Part shown: piece after piece, positions 1 to 12,571 of the stretch
Layout: the number at the start of each line of letters is the position of its first letter
Position numbering within the stretch: position 1 is the first letter of the stretch
Assembly: GCF_004010195.1 (NCBI RefSeq)
Contig: NC_057752.1
Location: forward strand, 12,774,381 to 12,838,380
DNA length: 64,000 nt
Source of the DNA: Chiloscyllium plagiosum
Lineage: Eukaryota
Reading direction: 5' to 3'
Program-made: the position numbers and the translations under genes
The notes under the pieces: model-generated
Told to the model about the DNA's origin: nothing
The model's database searches: none
What the model saw: the letters and a program-made list of their open reading frames with translations, nothing else

Positions 1-201
1 CCCTCTGCCCGGGATCCCGCTCTGAATATCCTCTTACTTCTATAAACACTAACGCCATTCCGGAGAGTCTCTCTAAATGCTGACGATGGCTCTGGAAAAC
101 TCCCAGGGACATCTCGTTCCTGATGTAGTTCTACACTGTGCTGCTTCAAGGAAAATGTTGGCCCTGTTTCTGAACTAAATGGTGTCCAGTGCAACATCCC
201 C
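1..201 (-). CDS. Candidate coding exon of an unidentified host gene (runs off the window edge)
   Basis: Acceptor ctttctgatgttgttacttaaag|G at 202/201. The frame stays open to the edge: GMLHWTPFSSETGPTFSLKQHSVELHQERDVPGSFPEPSSAFRETLRNGVSVYRSKRIFRAGSRAE. Phase matches the 558-654 exon (AA+G=K). Confidence 0.55.
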
Positions 202-557
202 CTTTAAGTAACAACATCAGAAAGCTCTGCAGGTCTGTGGTGAGAAATCAGTTAACTTTTCAGGTAGTGTGAGCCTTAGAACACTCCCTCAGTGCTGTAG
301 AGGGCTTATCAGCTCAGATTATAACCCCAAACCTCTGGAATGGGATATAAACCTCTCCGGCACACCTTTCTCCTCCCTACCCACACTAAGATCTGTCTGT
401 TGTGATAGTAACTCCAGCCTTACCACTAGATGGTGGTATTGGATAATAAATGGCCTCTCTGGTCAGCCATGCAGCTCTGTGTCAGTCCCTACAACAGGCA
501 TTACTTATTTCAGGAGGATTTACTGTCTAGGCTTCCAGCCCAGTCTGGATTGCTCAC

Positions 558-654
558 TTGCTGGCAGTCTGAAATGCCTCCTGCAGTTGAACAGTCATGG
601 AAGCAGGGAATAAGCTTGCCTCTGGGTCAGAAACCCACTCCAGGCCTTGATGGT
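558..654 (-). CDS. Candidate 97-bp exon of the same minus-strand gene
   Basis: Acceptor gatatttctag|ACC and donor CAA|gtgagc. Open frame HQGLEWVSDPEASLFPASMTVQLQEAFQTASK splices in frame to the 1-201 exon. Confidence 0.55.
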
Positions 655-1290
655 CTAGAAATATCGACCAAAGATGCTGATTAACAACGTGCAAATCCTT
701 CCAACATGTACAAATGGCAAGCAGAAAAAGTGTGAGAGATTTCTACTCACGATGTGACAGAAAGACAATTAAAAGCTCCCTCCATCCCTATCCATGGATT
801 CAGAATACAACACGCATAGGAAAGTGTACGTTGTTACAGCACAAATGACTGGATATTGGGCACGACCGACGCAGCGTTAAGGGATTCATTGTTGATGAAC
901 TGGATATTGAACAGGGATGGTGAAACTCTCAGAGACTTATAGTGAGTGGACCAGATATTGGGTGGGAAAACTGCCTATTGAAATGATTTTGGAGAGGGAA
1001 AAGATTTAAAAGTTAAACCGATGAAGGGGGAATGATCCAAAAGCTTGTGATTCCAAATAAACTTGGAGTATAGCCTGGTGTCGTCTGACTTCTGATGTTG
1101 TCCACTCCAGGCACCTCCATTGTGCAGGGATGGGGCCGCTTGAAGGGATTTATGGTCGATGGACCAGATATTGGGCAGGGATAGTGCTACTTCAAGGGAT
1201 TTATAATCAATCGAACGATATTGGGCTGGGGGGGCTGTTACTGCTTTAAGGGATTTGCAGGCGATGGACTAGATGTTGGGCAAGGATAGG

Positions 1291-1530
1291 TTCATAAGAT
1301 TTTGGGCAGAATTAGGCGGTTTGGCCCATCGGGTCTGCTTCACCCTTTGATCGTGGTTGATATGCTCCTCCCCCCCCCCCCCCCCCCCATTTTCCTGCTT
1401 TCTCCCCATATCCCTTAAACCCATTACCAATTAAAAATCTGTCTAACTCCTCCTTAAATGTATTGTCGCAGCATCCACTGCATTTTGGGACAGTAAATTC
1501 CATTGATTCACAATCCTTTGGGAGTAGTTT
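1291..1530 (-). mobile_element. CR1 LINE 3' end fragment
   Basis: Minus strand reads TFKEELDRFL-like RT C-terminus followed by a CR1-type 3' tail. Confidence 0.75.
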
Positions 1531-1544
1531 TTCCTTCTGTTTAG

Positions 1545-1695
1545 GGTGGCACGGTGGCTCAGTGGTTATCACTGCTGCCTCACAGCACCAGGGACCTGGG
1601 GAATGGGTCTGGGTGGGTTGCAGTTCGGAGGGTCAGTGTGGACTGGTTGGGCCGAAGGGCCTGTTTCCACACTGTAGGGAATCTAATCTAATCTA
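1545..1695 (+). mobile_element. Internally deleted HE1/V-SINE-type SINE
   Basis: tRNA-like head ggcacggtggctcagtgg joined directly to the tail gggccgaagggcctgtttccacactgta and (aatct)n. Confidence 0.85.
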
Positions 1696-1726
1696 CTCTA
1701 CCCTATCATCCTAATCCTGGATAGTG

Positions 1727-1906
1727 GAGAAAGTGAGGACTGCAGATGCTGGAGATCAGAGCTTAAAAACGTGTTGCTGGAAAAGCGCAGCAGTTCAGGA
1801 GAATCGACGTTTCGGGCATGAGCCCTTATTCAGGAATCTTCAGGCTCATGCCCGAAACGTCGATTCTCCTGAACTGCTGCGCTTTTCCAGCAACACATTT
1901 TCAGCT
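1727..1906 (-). mobile_element. Fold-back Penelope-derived hammerhead mini-element
   Basis: 16-bp TSD ctaatcctggatagtg (1711-1726 and 1907-1922). Internal inverted repeat around gggctcatgcccgaaacgtc. Confidence 0.85.
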
Positions 1907-1991
1907 CTAATCCTGGATAGTGCCACTTTCAAGGATTTCCGGTCAATGGACCAAATATTGGACAGGAATGGTGATGCTTTAAGGGATTAAT

Positions 1992-2154
1992 AGATTAGAG
2001 ATTCCCTACAGTAACCCACCCCCCTCTGCCTAACGCACCTAACACCACGGGCAATTTAGCCTGGCCAATCTATCTGGCCTGCACATCTTTGGACTGTGGG
2101 AGGAAACCCACACAGTCACCTGAGGCTGGAATCAAACCTGGGACCCTAGTGCTG
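1992..2154 (-). mobile_element. HE1/V-SINE-type SINE, truncated by assembly gap
   Basis: agattagattccctacagt tail and cctgcacatctttggactgtgggaggaaacc core. Confidence 0.85.
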
Positions 2155-5100
2155 NNNNNNNNNNNNNNNNNNNNNNNNNNNNNNNNNNNNNNNNNNNNNN
2201 NNNNNNNNNNNNNNNNNNNNNNNNNNNNNNNNNNNNNNNNNNNNNNNNNNNNNNNNNNNNNNNNNNNNNNNNNNNNNNNNNNNNNNNNNNNNNNNNNNNN
2301 NNNNNNNNNNNNNNNNNNNNNNNNNNNNNNNNNNNNNNNNNNNNNNNNNNNNNNNNNNNNNNNNNNNNNNNNNNNNNNNNNNNNNNNNNNNNNNNNNNNN
2401 NNNNNNNNNNNNNNNNNNNNNNNNNNNNNNNNNNNNNNNNNNNNNNNNNNNNNNNNNNNNNNNNNNNNNNNNNNNNNNNNNNNNNNNNNNNNNNNNNNNN
2501 NNNNNNNNNNNNNNNNNNNNNNNNNNNNNNNNNNNNNNNNNNNNNNNNNNNNNNNNNNNNNNNNNNNNNNNNNNNNNNNNNNNNNNNNNNNNNNNNNNNN
2601 NNNNNNNNNNNNNNNNNNNNNNNNNNNNNNNNNNNNNNNNNNNNNNNNNNNNNNTACGGTGTGTAAGGACACACACGATACACTTCATACACATTACTGT
2701 GTGTCAGGACACACATGATACACTTTCTACACTTTACTGTGTGTAAGGCACACGTGACACACTTTATACACATTACTGTGTGTAAGGACGCATAGGATAC
2801 ACTTTATGCGAGTTATGGTGTGTAAGGACACACATGATACACTTCATACACATTACTGTGTGTAAGGACACATACGATACACCTTATTAACATTTCTGTG
2901 TGTGAGGAGACACGTGATACACTTTATACACATTACTATGTATAAGGACATATGTGATGCAGTTTATACACATTAGTGTGTGTAAGGATACGCGTGATAC
3001 ACTTTATACACATTAATGTGTGCAAGGATACAAGTGATACATTTTATACACATTACCGTGTATAAGGACAGATGTGGTACACATTATACATATGATTGTA
3101 TGGAAGGACACACGCGATACACTTTATACATTTTACTGTGTGTAAGGACACACACTATACATTTTATATGTGTTTCTGTGCGTAAGGACACACGTGATAC
3201 ACTTTATGCACATTACTGTGTGTAAGGACACATGCGATACACCTTATACACATTTCTGTGTGTGAGGAGACACGTGATACACATTATACACATTACTGTG
3301 TATAAGGATACATGTGATACATGTTATGCACATTAATGTGTACAAGGACACAAGTGATTCATTTTATACACATTACTGTTTGTAAGGAGAGATGTGATAC
3401 AAATTATACACATTACTGTGCGTGAGGACACACACAATACACTTTATACACATTACTGTGTGTAAGGACACACATGATACACTTTCTACACTTTACTGTG
3501 TGTAAAGCACACGTGATACACTTTATACACATTACTGTGGATGAGGATACACGTGATACATTTTATACACATTAATGTGTGCAAGGATACAAGTGATACA
3601 CTTTATACACTTTGCTGTGTGTAAAGAGAGACGTGATACACATTATACAGATTACTGTGTGTAAGGACACACGTGATGGACTTTATACACTTTACTGTGT
3701 GTAAGGAAACACACTATACATTTTATACGTGTTACTGTGCGTAAGGGCACACGTGATACACTTTATAAACATTCCTGTGTGTAAGGACACACAAGAAACA
3801 CTTTATACACATTACTGTGTGTAAGGACACACATGATACACTTCATACACATTACTGTGTGTAAGGACACATACGATACACCTTATACACATTTCTGTGT
3901 GTGAGGAGACACGTGATACACATTATACACATTACTGTGTATAAGGACACATGTGATATAGATTATACACAATACTGTGTATAAGAATACACGTGATACA
4001 TTTTATACACATTAATGTGTGCAAGGACACAAGTGATTCATTTTATACACATAACTGTGCATAAGGAGAGACGTGATACAAATTATACACATTACTTTGT
4101 GTGAGGGCACACACAATACACTTTATACACATTACTGTGTGTAAGGACACACATGATACACCTTCTACACTTTACTGTGTGCAAAGCACACGTGATACAC
4201 TTTATACATATTACTGTGTATGAGGACACACGTGATACAGTTTATACACGTTAGTGATACGTTTTATACATATTAATGTGTGCAAGGATACATGTGATAC
4301 GCTTTGTACACATTAATGTGTGCAAGGATACAAGTGACACATTTTATACACATTACCGTGTGTAAGGACAGATGTGATACACATTATACACATAAATGTC
4401 TGTCAGGACACACACGATACACTTTATACACTTTACTGTGTGTAAGGACACACACTATACATTTTATACATGTTACTGTGCGTAAGGACACACGTGATAC
4501 ACTTTATAACCATTCTCGTGTGTAAGGACACACATGAAACACTTTATACACATTACTGCGTGTAAGGATACACATGATACACTTTATGCACATGATTGTG
4601 TGTAAGGACACACGCGAAAGACCTGATACACATTTCTGTAAGTGAGGAGACACGTGATATAGATTATATACATTACTGTGTATAAGGATACACGTGAAAC
4701 ACGTTATATATGTTACTGTGGGTAAGCACACACAATACACTTTATACACATTATTGTGTGTAAGGACACAAACGATACACCTTATACACATTACTGTGTG
4801 TAAGGAGAGACGTGGTACACATTATATACATTACTGTGTGTAAGGACACACATGAAACACTTTATATATGTTATGGTGTGCAAGGACACATACTATACAC
4901 TTTATACACATTATTGTGTGTAAGGACACATGCAATACACTTTATACATATTACTGTGTGTAAGGACACAAGTGATACACTTTATACACATAACTGAGTG
5001 TAAGGACACACATAATACACTTTATACACATAACTGTGTGTAAGAAAACACACGTGATACACCTTATACACATTACCGTGTGCAAGGACACACGTGATAC

Positions 5101-8100
5101 TCTTTGTACACATTACTGTGTGTAAGGACGCACGTGATACAATTTATACACGTTACCATGTGTAAGGACACATGCAATCCACTTTATACACATTGCTGTG
5201 CGTAAGGACACACATGATAGACATTATACATATTACAGTGAGTAAAAACACACATAATACACTTTATACATATTGTGCGTAAGGACACACACAATACACT
5301 TTATACAGATTACTGTGTGTAAGGACACACGTGAAACAAGTTATATATGTTACTGTGGGTAAGGACACACAATACACTTTATACACATTATTGTGTGTAA
5401 GGATACAAACGATACACCTTATACACATTACTGTGTCAGGAGAGACGTGGTACACATTATACACATTACTGTGTGTAAGGACACACATGAAACACTTTAT
5501 ATATGTTACGGTGTGCAAGGACACATACGATACACTTTATAGACATTATTGTGTGTAAGGACACACGCAATACACTTTATACATATTACTGTGTGTAAGG
5601 ACACAAGTGATACAATTTATACACATAACTGAGTCTAAGGACACACATAATACACTTTATACACTTTACTGTGTGTAAGGACACACGTGATACGCGTTAT
5701 ACACTTTACTGTGTGTAAGGATACACACGTGATACACCTTATACACATTAATGTGTGCAAGGACACACGTGATACTCTTTGTACACATTACTGTGTGTAA
5801 GGACGCACGCGATACACTTTATGCATGTTACGGTGTGTAAGGACACACATGATACACTTCATACACATTACTGTGTGTCAGGACACACATGATACACTTT
5901 CTACACTTTACTGTGTGTTAGGCACACGTGATACACTTTACACACATTACTGTGTGTAAGGACACACGTGATACACTTTGTGCACATTACTGTGTGTAAG
6001 GACGCATACGATACACTTTAAGTGTGTTACGGTGTGTAAGGACACACACAATACACTTCATACACATTACTGTGTGTAAGGACACACGCGATACACATTA
6101 TAAACATTTCTGTGTGTGAGGAGAAGCGTGATACACTTTATACACATTACAGTGTATAAGGACACACGTGATGCAGTTTATACACATTAGTGTGTGTAAG
6201 GATACACGTGATACATTGTATACACAGTAATGTGTGCAAGGATACAAGTGATACATTTTATACACATTACCATGTGTAAGGACAGATGTGATACACATTA
6301 TACACATTACTGTGTGTAAGGACACACACGATACACTTTATACACATGACTGTGTGTAAGGACGCACACGATACACTTTATGCATTTTACGATGTGGAAG
6401 GACACACACAATACATTTTTACACTTTACTGTGTGTAAGGCACACATTATACCCTTTATATACATTACTGTGTGGAAGGACATACGTGACACACTTTATA
6501 CACGTTACTGCATGTAAGGACACAGGCAATACACTTTATACACATTACTGTGTGAAAGGACACACGCAGTACACTTTATACACTTTGCTGTGTGCAAGGA
6601 TACCCACATGATACACTTTATACACATTATTGTGTGTAAGGACACACATGAAACACTTGATATTTGTTACTGTGTGCAAGGACACACATGATAAACTTTA
6701 CACACATTACTGTGGGTAAGAACACACAATGCACTTTATACACATTACTGTGTGTAAGGACACACGTGATACACTTTATACACATTACCATGTGTAAGGA
6801 CACATGCAATACACGTTATACACATTGCTGTGTGTAAGGAGAGATGTGATACACATTATACACATTACTGTGTGTAAAGACACACATAATACACTTTATA
6901 CACATTACTGTGTGTAAGGACACACATGATACATATTATACACATTACTGTGTAAAAGGACACACACGATACACCTCATACACTTTACTGTGTGTAAGGA
7001 CACACGTGCTACACTTTATACACATTACTGTGTGTAAGAACACACATGATACACTTTATACATGTTACACACAGCAAGGATACATGTGATATATTTTATA
7101 CACATTACTGTGTGTAAGGACGCATACAATACACTTTATGCATGTTACGGTGTGTAAGGACACACATGATACACTTCATACACATTACTGTTTGTCAGGA
7201 CACACATGATACACTTTCTACACCTTACTCTGTGTAAGACACACGTGATACACTTCATATACATTACTGTGTGTAAGGACACACGTGACTCACTGTATAC
7301 ACATTACTCTGTGTAAGGATACACACGATATACTTTATACACATTACTGTTTGAAAGGACACAGTACACCTTATAAACGTTAGTGTGTGAAAGGATACAC
7401 GTGATACATTTTATACACATTTCTGTGTATAAGGACGCATACGATACACTTTATGCGTGTTATGGTGTGTAAGGACACACACGATGCACTTCATACACAC
7501 TACTGTGTGTAAGGACACACGCGATACACCTTATACACTTTCTATGTGTGAGGAGACACGTGATACACTTAATACACATTACTGTGTATAAGGACACACG
7601 TGATACAGTTTATGCATATTACGGTGTGTAAGGACACACACAATACACTTTCTACACTTTACTGTGTGTAATGCACTTTATACACTTTGATGTGTGTAAG
7701 GAAACCGACGTGATACACTTTACACACATTACTGTGTCAAGGATAAATGTGATACAGTTTATACACGTTACCATGTGTAAGGGCACATGCAATACACTTT
7801 ACTGTGCGTAAGGACACAGATGATAAACATTACACACATTACAGTGTGTAAGGACACACAATACACTTTATGCATGTTACTGTGTGTAAGGACACACGCG
7901 ATACACTTTATACACATTATCGTGTATAAGGCCACACGCGATACACCTTATACACATTACTGTGTGTAAGGACACATGTGATACATTTTTGTATACATTA
8001 CTGTGTGTGAGGTCACATGTAATACACTTTTGTATAAATTACTGTGTGTAAGGGCACATGTATACATGTGATACACACTACCGTGTTTTAGAACACATGT

Positions 8101-8492
8101 GAAACATGTGATACACATTAGTGTGTATAAGGACACACGATGCACTTTATACTTGTTATCATGTGTAAGGACAGAAGTGATACACTTTAGACACATTACT
8201 TTGTGTAATGACACATGTGATACACTTTATACATGCTACTGTGCGTAAGGACACACATGATACATATTACTGTGTGTAAGGATGCACATGATACTCTTTA
8301 CTGTGTGTAAGGACACACATGATAAACACTGTAAAGTGTATAAAGTGTAAGGACACATGATACATGTTACGGTGTGTAAACACATACATGATACACATTA
8401 TAGACATTACTGTGTGTAAGGATATGTGATACATGTTACTGTGTGTAAGGACACATATGGTATTCATTACTGTGTCTAAGGACACACGTGAT

Positions 8493-8785
8493 TTTCTCTT
8501 CAAAGATTTCAACCTACTGCGAATCCTCTTACAAGGATGCCTTCCCTGAAGAAGCTCTCTTTCTCCCTCTACAAAGGTTTCAGTGAGTCCCTCTCTCACT
8601 GCACCCCCCAGGTCATCTCCTCTGCACAGAAGCTCTTCAGCCACATTCGCCATTCCTGAAGAAGGGCTAATGCCCGAAACGTCGATTCTCCTGTTCCCTA
8701 GATGCTGCCTGACCTGCTGCGCTTCTCCAGCAACACATTTCCATCTCTGATCTCCAGCATCTGCAGACCTCATTTTCTCTTCAAA
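8493..8785 (+). mobile_element. Penelope-like pLTR monomer inserted in the satellite (ORF start, hammerhead, leader)
   Basis: TSD gacacacgtgat (8481-8492 and 8786-8797). Short ORF MPSLKKLSFSLYKGFSESLSHCTPQVISSAQKLFSH. Hammerhead core at 8656-8683. Confidence 0.8.
8651..8690 (+). ncRNA. Minimal hammerhead ribozyme motif
   Basis: CTGAAGA-a-GGGC-taat-GCCC-GAAAC-GTC; stem III is the self-complementary ACGT; stem I is weak. Confidence 0.7.
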
Positions 8786-10149
8786 GACACACGTGATATA
8801 CTTTATAACATTACTATGTGCTCGTTCATGTCTCTTTACATTGTATCCAGGACTCATATCATGTACTTTACACTATGCAATAACACACATGATGTATCTT
8901 ACAAACGTGCAAGAGCATGTATGGTGTTCTCTTAATTTCCCCTTTGAGACTTTGTCTGCCTCAGGAACAGTGGTATAAACAGATGTTACATTACAGTCCA
9001 AACCCCAGTAAATAGGGTTCATCCACAGTGAGGTGGTGGAGTGGGTGTTCCAGATGTGTGTCACCTACAACACACCCCATTAGGAATTCTCACCCAGCTA
9101 CGGTGGTAGAGTGGCATTTGGGGATCTGAATATCTGGTGGGCACTTTTGGGACCCTCTACCAGATGTGACATCCAATGAATATCATGTGGGTGGCAGTAT
9201 ACATGTGATCAGGGCATACGTAAGCCACTGCGTGTTGGGACCCCTGTTCTTTTTTTTAATTTCAAGGTAACTTTGCGTGACTCAGTATGATTGCCCTTCA
9301 AGCTTAGGCTGTGCACTTCTGAAACATCATGAAATAATCAAGTGCAGCAAGACGAGACGGCAAGACATTCCTGCGTAATATTCCAGATAGTGCCCAAAAT
9401 CCAACATAGTCATGTTTTATGTCAGTCCAAAATAACTTCTGGTAATTTGCTGCTTGCGATGACTTGTGGCGTTTGAAGAGATAATCTGTTCAGCTTGGTT
9501 TTATCAGTTATTTACACAAAAAAACCCAGCGAACACAAGGGTCAGAATGGAAGCACGCAGGGCTGTGGCTAAATGATACGAGTTTAGCAGGAACTATAAC
9601 AATTTGTTTTGCTGCAAATTCTGCTCACTGCAGAAAGGCACAGAGTCAAAACTAATTTTTATTTAAACGTGGAAAATTTCCAATCAGGGAAGAGGGTGGA
9701 GTGATGGGGTTTACAAGGAAAGGGGGTGGGAGATGTTTGTGGTTTTGACTGTTGCTCAGAGATTTTTTACAGTAATGTTCTGTCTACAAGCAGCAGAAAC
9801 TCTATTTGCTTTTTTGGAACACAATTATGTCTTCTGTATCCTTTCATGGGATTTGGGTTGCCCTTGGACTGAGTGACTTGGTCAGGCCATTTCGGTGGGC
9901 AGTTAAATGGATTGCTGCGGGTGTGGGAGAAAGGCAGGAGAATGGCACTAGCAAGTAGAGCCAGTGGAGGCACAGTGTACAGAATGGCCTCCGAATGTGC
10001 TGGAGCACTTCTGCGATTCTGGAGTCACATGTTGCCCAGACCAGATAAGGATGGTCAATGCGTTTTGTGAGGAAGGATGTGCCTTCAATCCTACATTCTC
10101 CACGCTCTCACACTTCTCCCGTCATGCTCAACTGCTCCCAGAGACCAAA

Positions 10150-11550
10150 CAAAGAACAAAAAACAAGATCAAAGAACAACACAGCACAGGAACAGGCCCT
10201 TCGGCCCTCCAAGCCTGCGCCGACACATGTTGCCCTTCCATACTAAAACTGTCTTCACTTTCAGGATCCATATCCCTTTACTCCCTTCCTATTCATGTAT
10301 TTGTCCAGGTGCTTCCTGAATGCTGCTATTGTGTCTGCTTCCACCACCTGGGCGGCACGGTGGCTCAGTGGTTAGCACTGCTGCCTCACAGCACCAGAGA
10401 CCTGGGTTCAATTCCCGACTCAGGCGACTGACTGTGTGGAGTTTGCACATTCTCCCCGTGTCTGCATGGGTTTCCTCCAGGTGCTCCGGTTTCCTCCCAC
10501 AGTCCAAAGATGTGCAGGTCAGGTGAATTGGCCATGCTAAATTGCCCGTAGTGTTAGGTAAAAGGGGTAAATGTAGGGGAATGGGTGGGTTGCGCTTCGG
10601 CGGGTCGGTGGGGACTTGTTGGGCCGAAGGGCCTGTTTCCACACTGTAAGTAATCTAATCTAAAAACCTCCTGTAGCAGGGTGTTCCAGGCACTCACCAC
10701 CCTTTGTGTGAAAAACCTGCCTTGCACATCTCTTTTAAATTCCCTTACTCGCACCTTGAACTGACCCCTCCACCCTGGAGAAATGCCTCATGCTCCTCAA
10801 TCTCTCCATGCCATTCACAACCTTATAAACGTCTATCAGGTCGCCCCTCAACCTCCTGTGTTCCAGTGAAAACAAACCCAGTCTATCCAACCTTTCTTCC
10901 GAGCTAAAATCCCCCTTACCAGGCAACATCCTGGTAAACCGTTTCTGTACCCTCTCCAGAGCATCCACATCCTTCTGGTTGTGTGGTGACCAGAACTGGA
11001 CACAATATTCCAAGTGTGGCCTAATTAAAGTTCTATAAAGCTGCAGCAGAACTTGTCTATCCTTATACTCAATGCCCCTTCCAATGAAGGGGAGCATGCC
11101 ATAGGCCTTTGTTACTCCCTTATCTCCTTGCGCTGTGACCTTCAGTGAGCTGTGGACCTGCACCCCCAGACCCATCTGCATATCAATACTCCTGAGAGTT
11201 CTGCCATTCACTGTATAATTTCCACCTGTACTTGACCTTCCAAAATCCATCACCTCACACCTGTCTGGATTAAACTCCATCTGCCATTTTTCAGTCCATG
11301 CCTCCAACTGATCTATATCCTGCTGTATCCTCTGACAATCCTCCTCACTATCCGCAACTCCACCAATCTTTGTATCCTCCACAAACTTACTAATTAAACC
11401 AGCCACGTTTTCCTCCAAATCATTTAAGAAGATGACAAACAGCAGAGGTCCCAGCGCTGATCCCTGTGGAACACCAGTGGTCAGAGCCCTCCATTCCGAA
11501 AAGCATCCTTCCACTGCTACCCTGTGTCTCCGATGATTAAGCCAGTTCTG
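10150..11550 (-). mobile_element. CR1 LINE, 5'-truncated RT region plus 3' tail, interrupted by a SINE
   Basis: GVPQGSALGPLLF, KFVEDTKIGG, RPHLEYCVQFWSP and ERVQKRFTRM motifs. Confidence 0.95.
10351..10663 (+). mobile_element. Full-length HE1/V-SINE-type tRNA-derived SINE
   Basis: A box tggctcagtgg, B box ggttcaattcc, central tgtggagtttgcacattctccccgtg domain, LINE-like tail and (aatct)n. Confidence 0.93.
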
Positions 11551-11690
11551 GATCCAAGGAAATAGAGGGATATGGATCTTGTACGTAAAGACAGTTTTAG
11601 TGTGGATGGGCAAAATGTGTTGGCACAGATTTGGTGGGCCGAATGGCCTGTTCCTGTGCTGTATTGTTCTTTGTTCCTTTGTTCTTCTTT
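11549..11690 (+). mobile_element. CR1 3' tail, inverted relative to the adjacent LINE
   Basis: Approximate reverse complement of 10152-10290. Confidence 0.8.
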
Positions 11691-11694
11691 GTCT

Positions 11695-12570
11695 CACAGA
11701 AGGCACTGTTTTGATAGTCAAATCCATGACAATTAAATGTAAAATGACCTACCAAGATTTTCAGATAGCTATGCCCAATTTATATGCTATTCCTCCAGGC
11801 AACGGCTTGCCCTCACTTGCACTCTCAGATTCCGAAGACAGATGACCACAATTCCTCCCTCCCACACTCTTGCCACCCAACCATATTGGCACAACATACT
11901 GTTAGGAAGGAAGGAGAAAATGGTGCATGATTAACAGGCATGGGTTGTCCCACTTCAAGCCAGGAGAAAACCGACAAGTTTGAAATTTTGATACGAGCAT
12001 GGAAAGATACAGTCTAGGATACATGATTTTGTCATGAACAATAATCAAGTGCAGTGCAGAAAATGACACCATTTCTGAACTGCACAACATTAACCATCCA
12101 CCACACAGAATGGTGACTCAGATACTGAAGACACCATGCTAGACAACAACCGCATGCCTACAACAAATGATACACTTCCATCCGTTAAGACAGAGACCAC
12201 ACAGCAGAGTGAAACTACATTGCCAAGCCATGATTTCTGTATACGGACTAGATCTGGTTATGTCATATGTGCACCAAGACATTATCTGACTGTGCAGAGA
12301 CAACTATAGATGCATTCTTGTAGACATTAAAGGGAAAAGGAGGGATACTGCATTATGGCATGGACTCCAGACCAGACAAAACCTGGATCTTTAAGACTGT
12401 TATATCACATCATGATGCATATTCTGATATAAAGGTCCAAGTCTCAACTTCAGCCAAACTCTCTGTGTCATCAACTCAGTGTAGGCAGCCAATTACATGT
12501 GTGTGTGAGGACAGTAACATTAGTAAACACAGCACCCAGACTATCTGTGTAAGTCTGAGATATCATAGCT
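11695..12570 (+). mobile_element. Decayed Gypsy-type LTR retrotransposon 3' remnant
   Basis: IVKSMTIKCKMTYQDFQIAMPNLYAIPPGNGLPS resembles an integrase C-terminus, followed by RTRSG (~12244) and a polypurine tract aaagggaaaaggaggga (~12329-12345). Confidence 0.55.
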
Positions 12571-12571
12571 G

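Larger units (their letters stand above)
846..1990. repeat. Degenerate ~50-bp minisatellite interrupted by nested insertions at ~1291-1906
   Basis: Recurring atggaccagatattgggcagggat...aagggatt units at ~846-990 and ~1125-1290, resuming at 1915-1990. Confidence 0.7.
2655..8850. repeat. 40-bp satellite array (about 150 units), consensus ACACATTACTGTGTGTAAGGACACACGTGATACACTTTAT
   Basis: Directly visible tandem units. Units shorten to ~31 bp near 8240-8480. The left end abuts a 500-N gap. Confidence 0.97.

Noticed and set aside
2070..2773. Long ORFs spanning N runs (also 36088-37389, 36210-37115 and 51016-51669)
   Set aside because: Their length is an artefact of assembly gaps.
2655..8300. Many Cys/His/Thr-rich ORFs, and a superficial CRISPR-like periodicity
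   Set aside because: These are translations of a 40-bp satellite. There are no unique spacers and no cas genes, and the context is eukaryotic.
9266..9371. Possible signal-peptide exon on the minus strand (MSCRLVLLHLIIS)
   Set aside because: A stop follows after 13 codons and there is no suitable donor.
10351..10425. tRNA-like A/B boxes
   Set aside because: This is a SINE head continuing into the SINE body, not a tRNA gene.
10735..11727. 330-aa RT-like ORF as a functional or domesticated gene
   Set aside because: It is a 5'-truncated CR1 fragment with catalytic FADD changed to FVED, and its N-terminus is read from an inverted tail.
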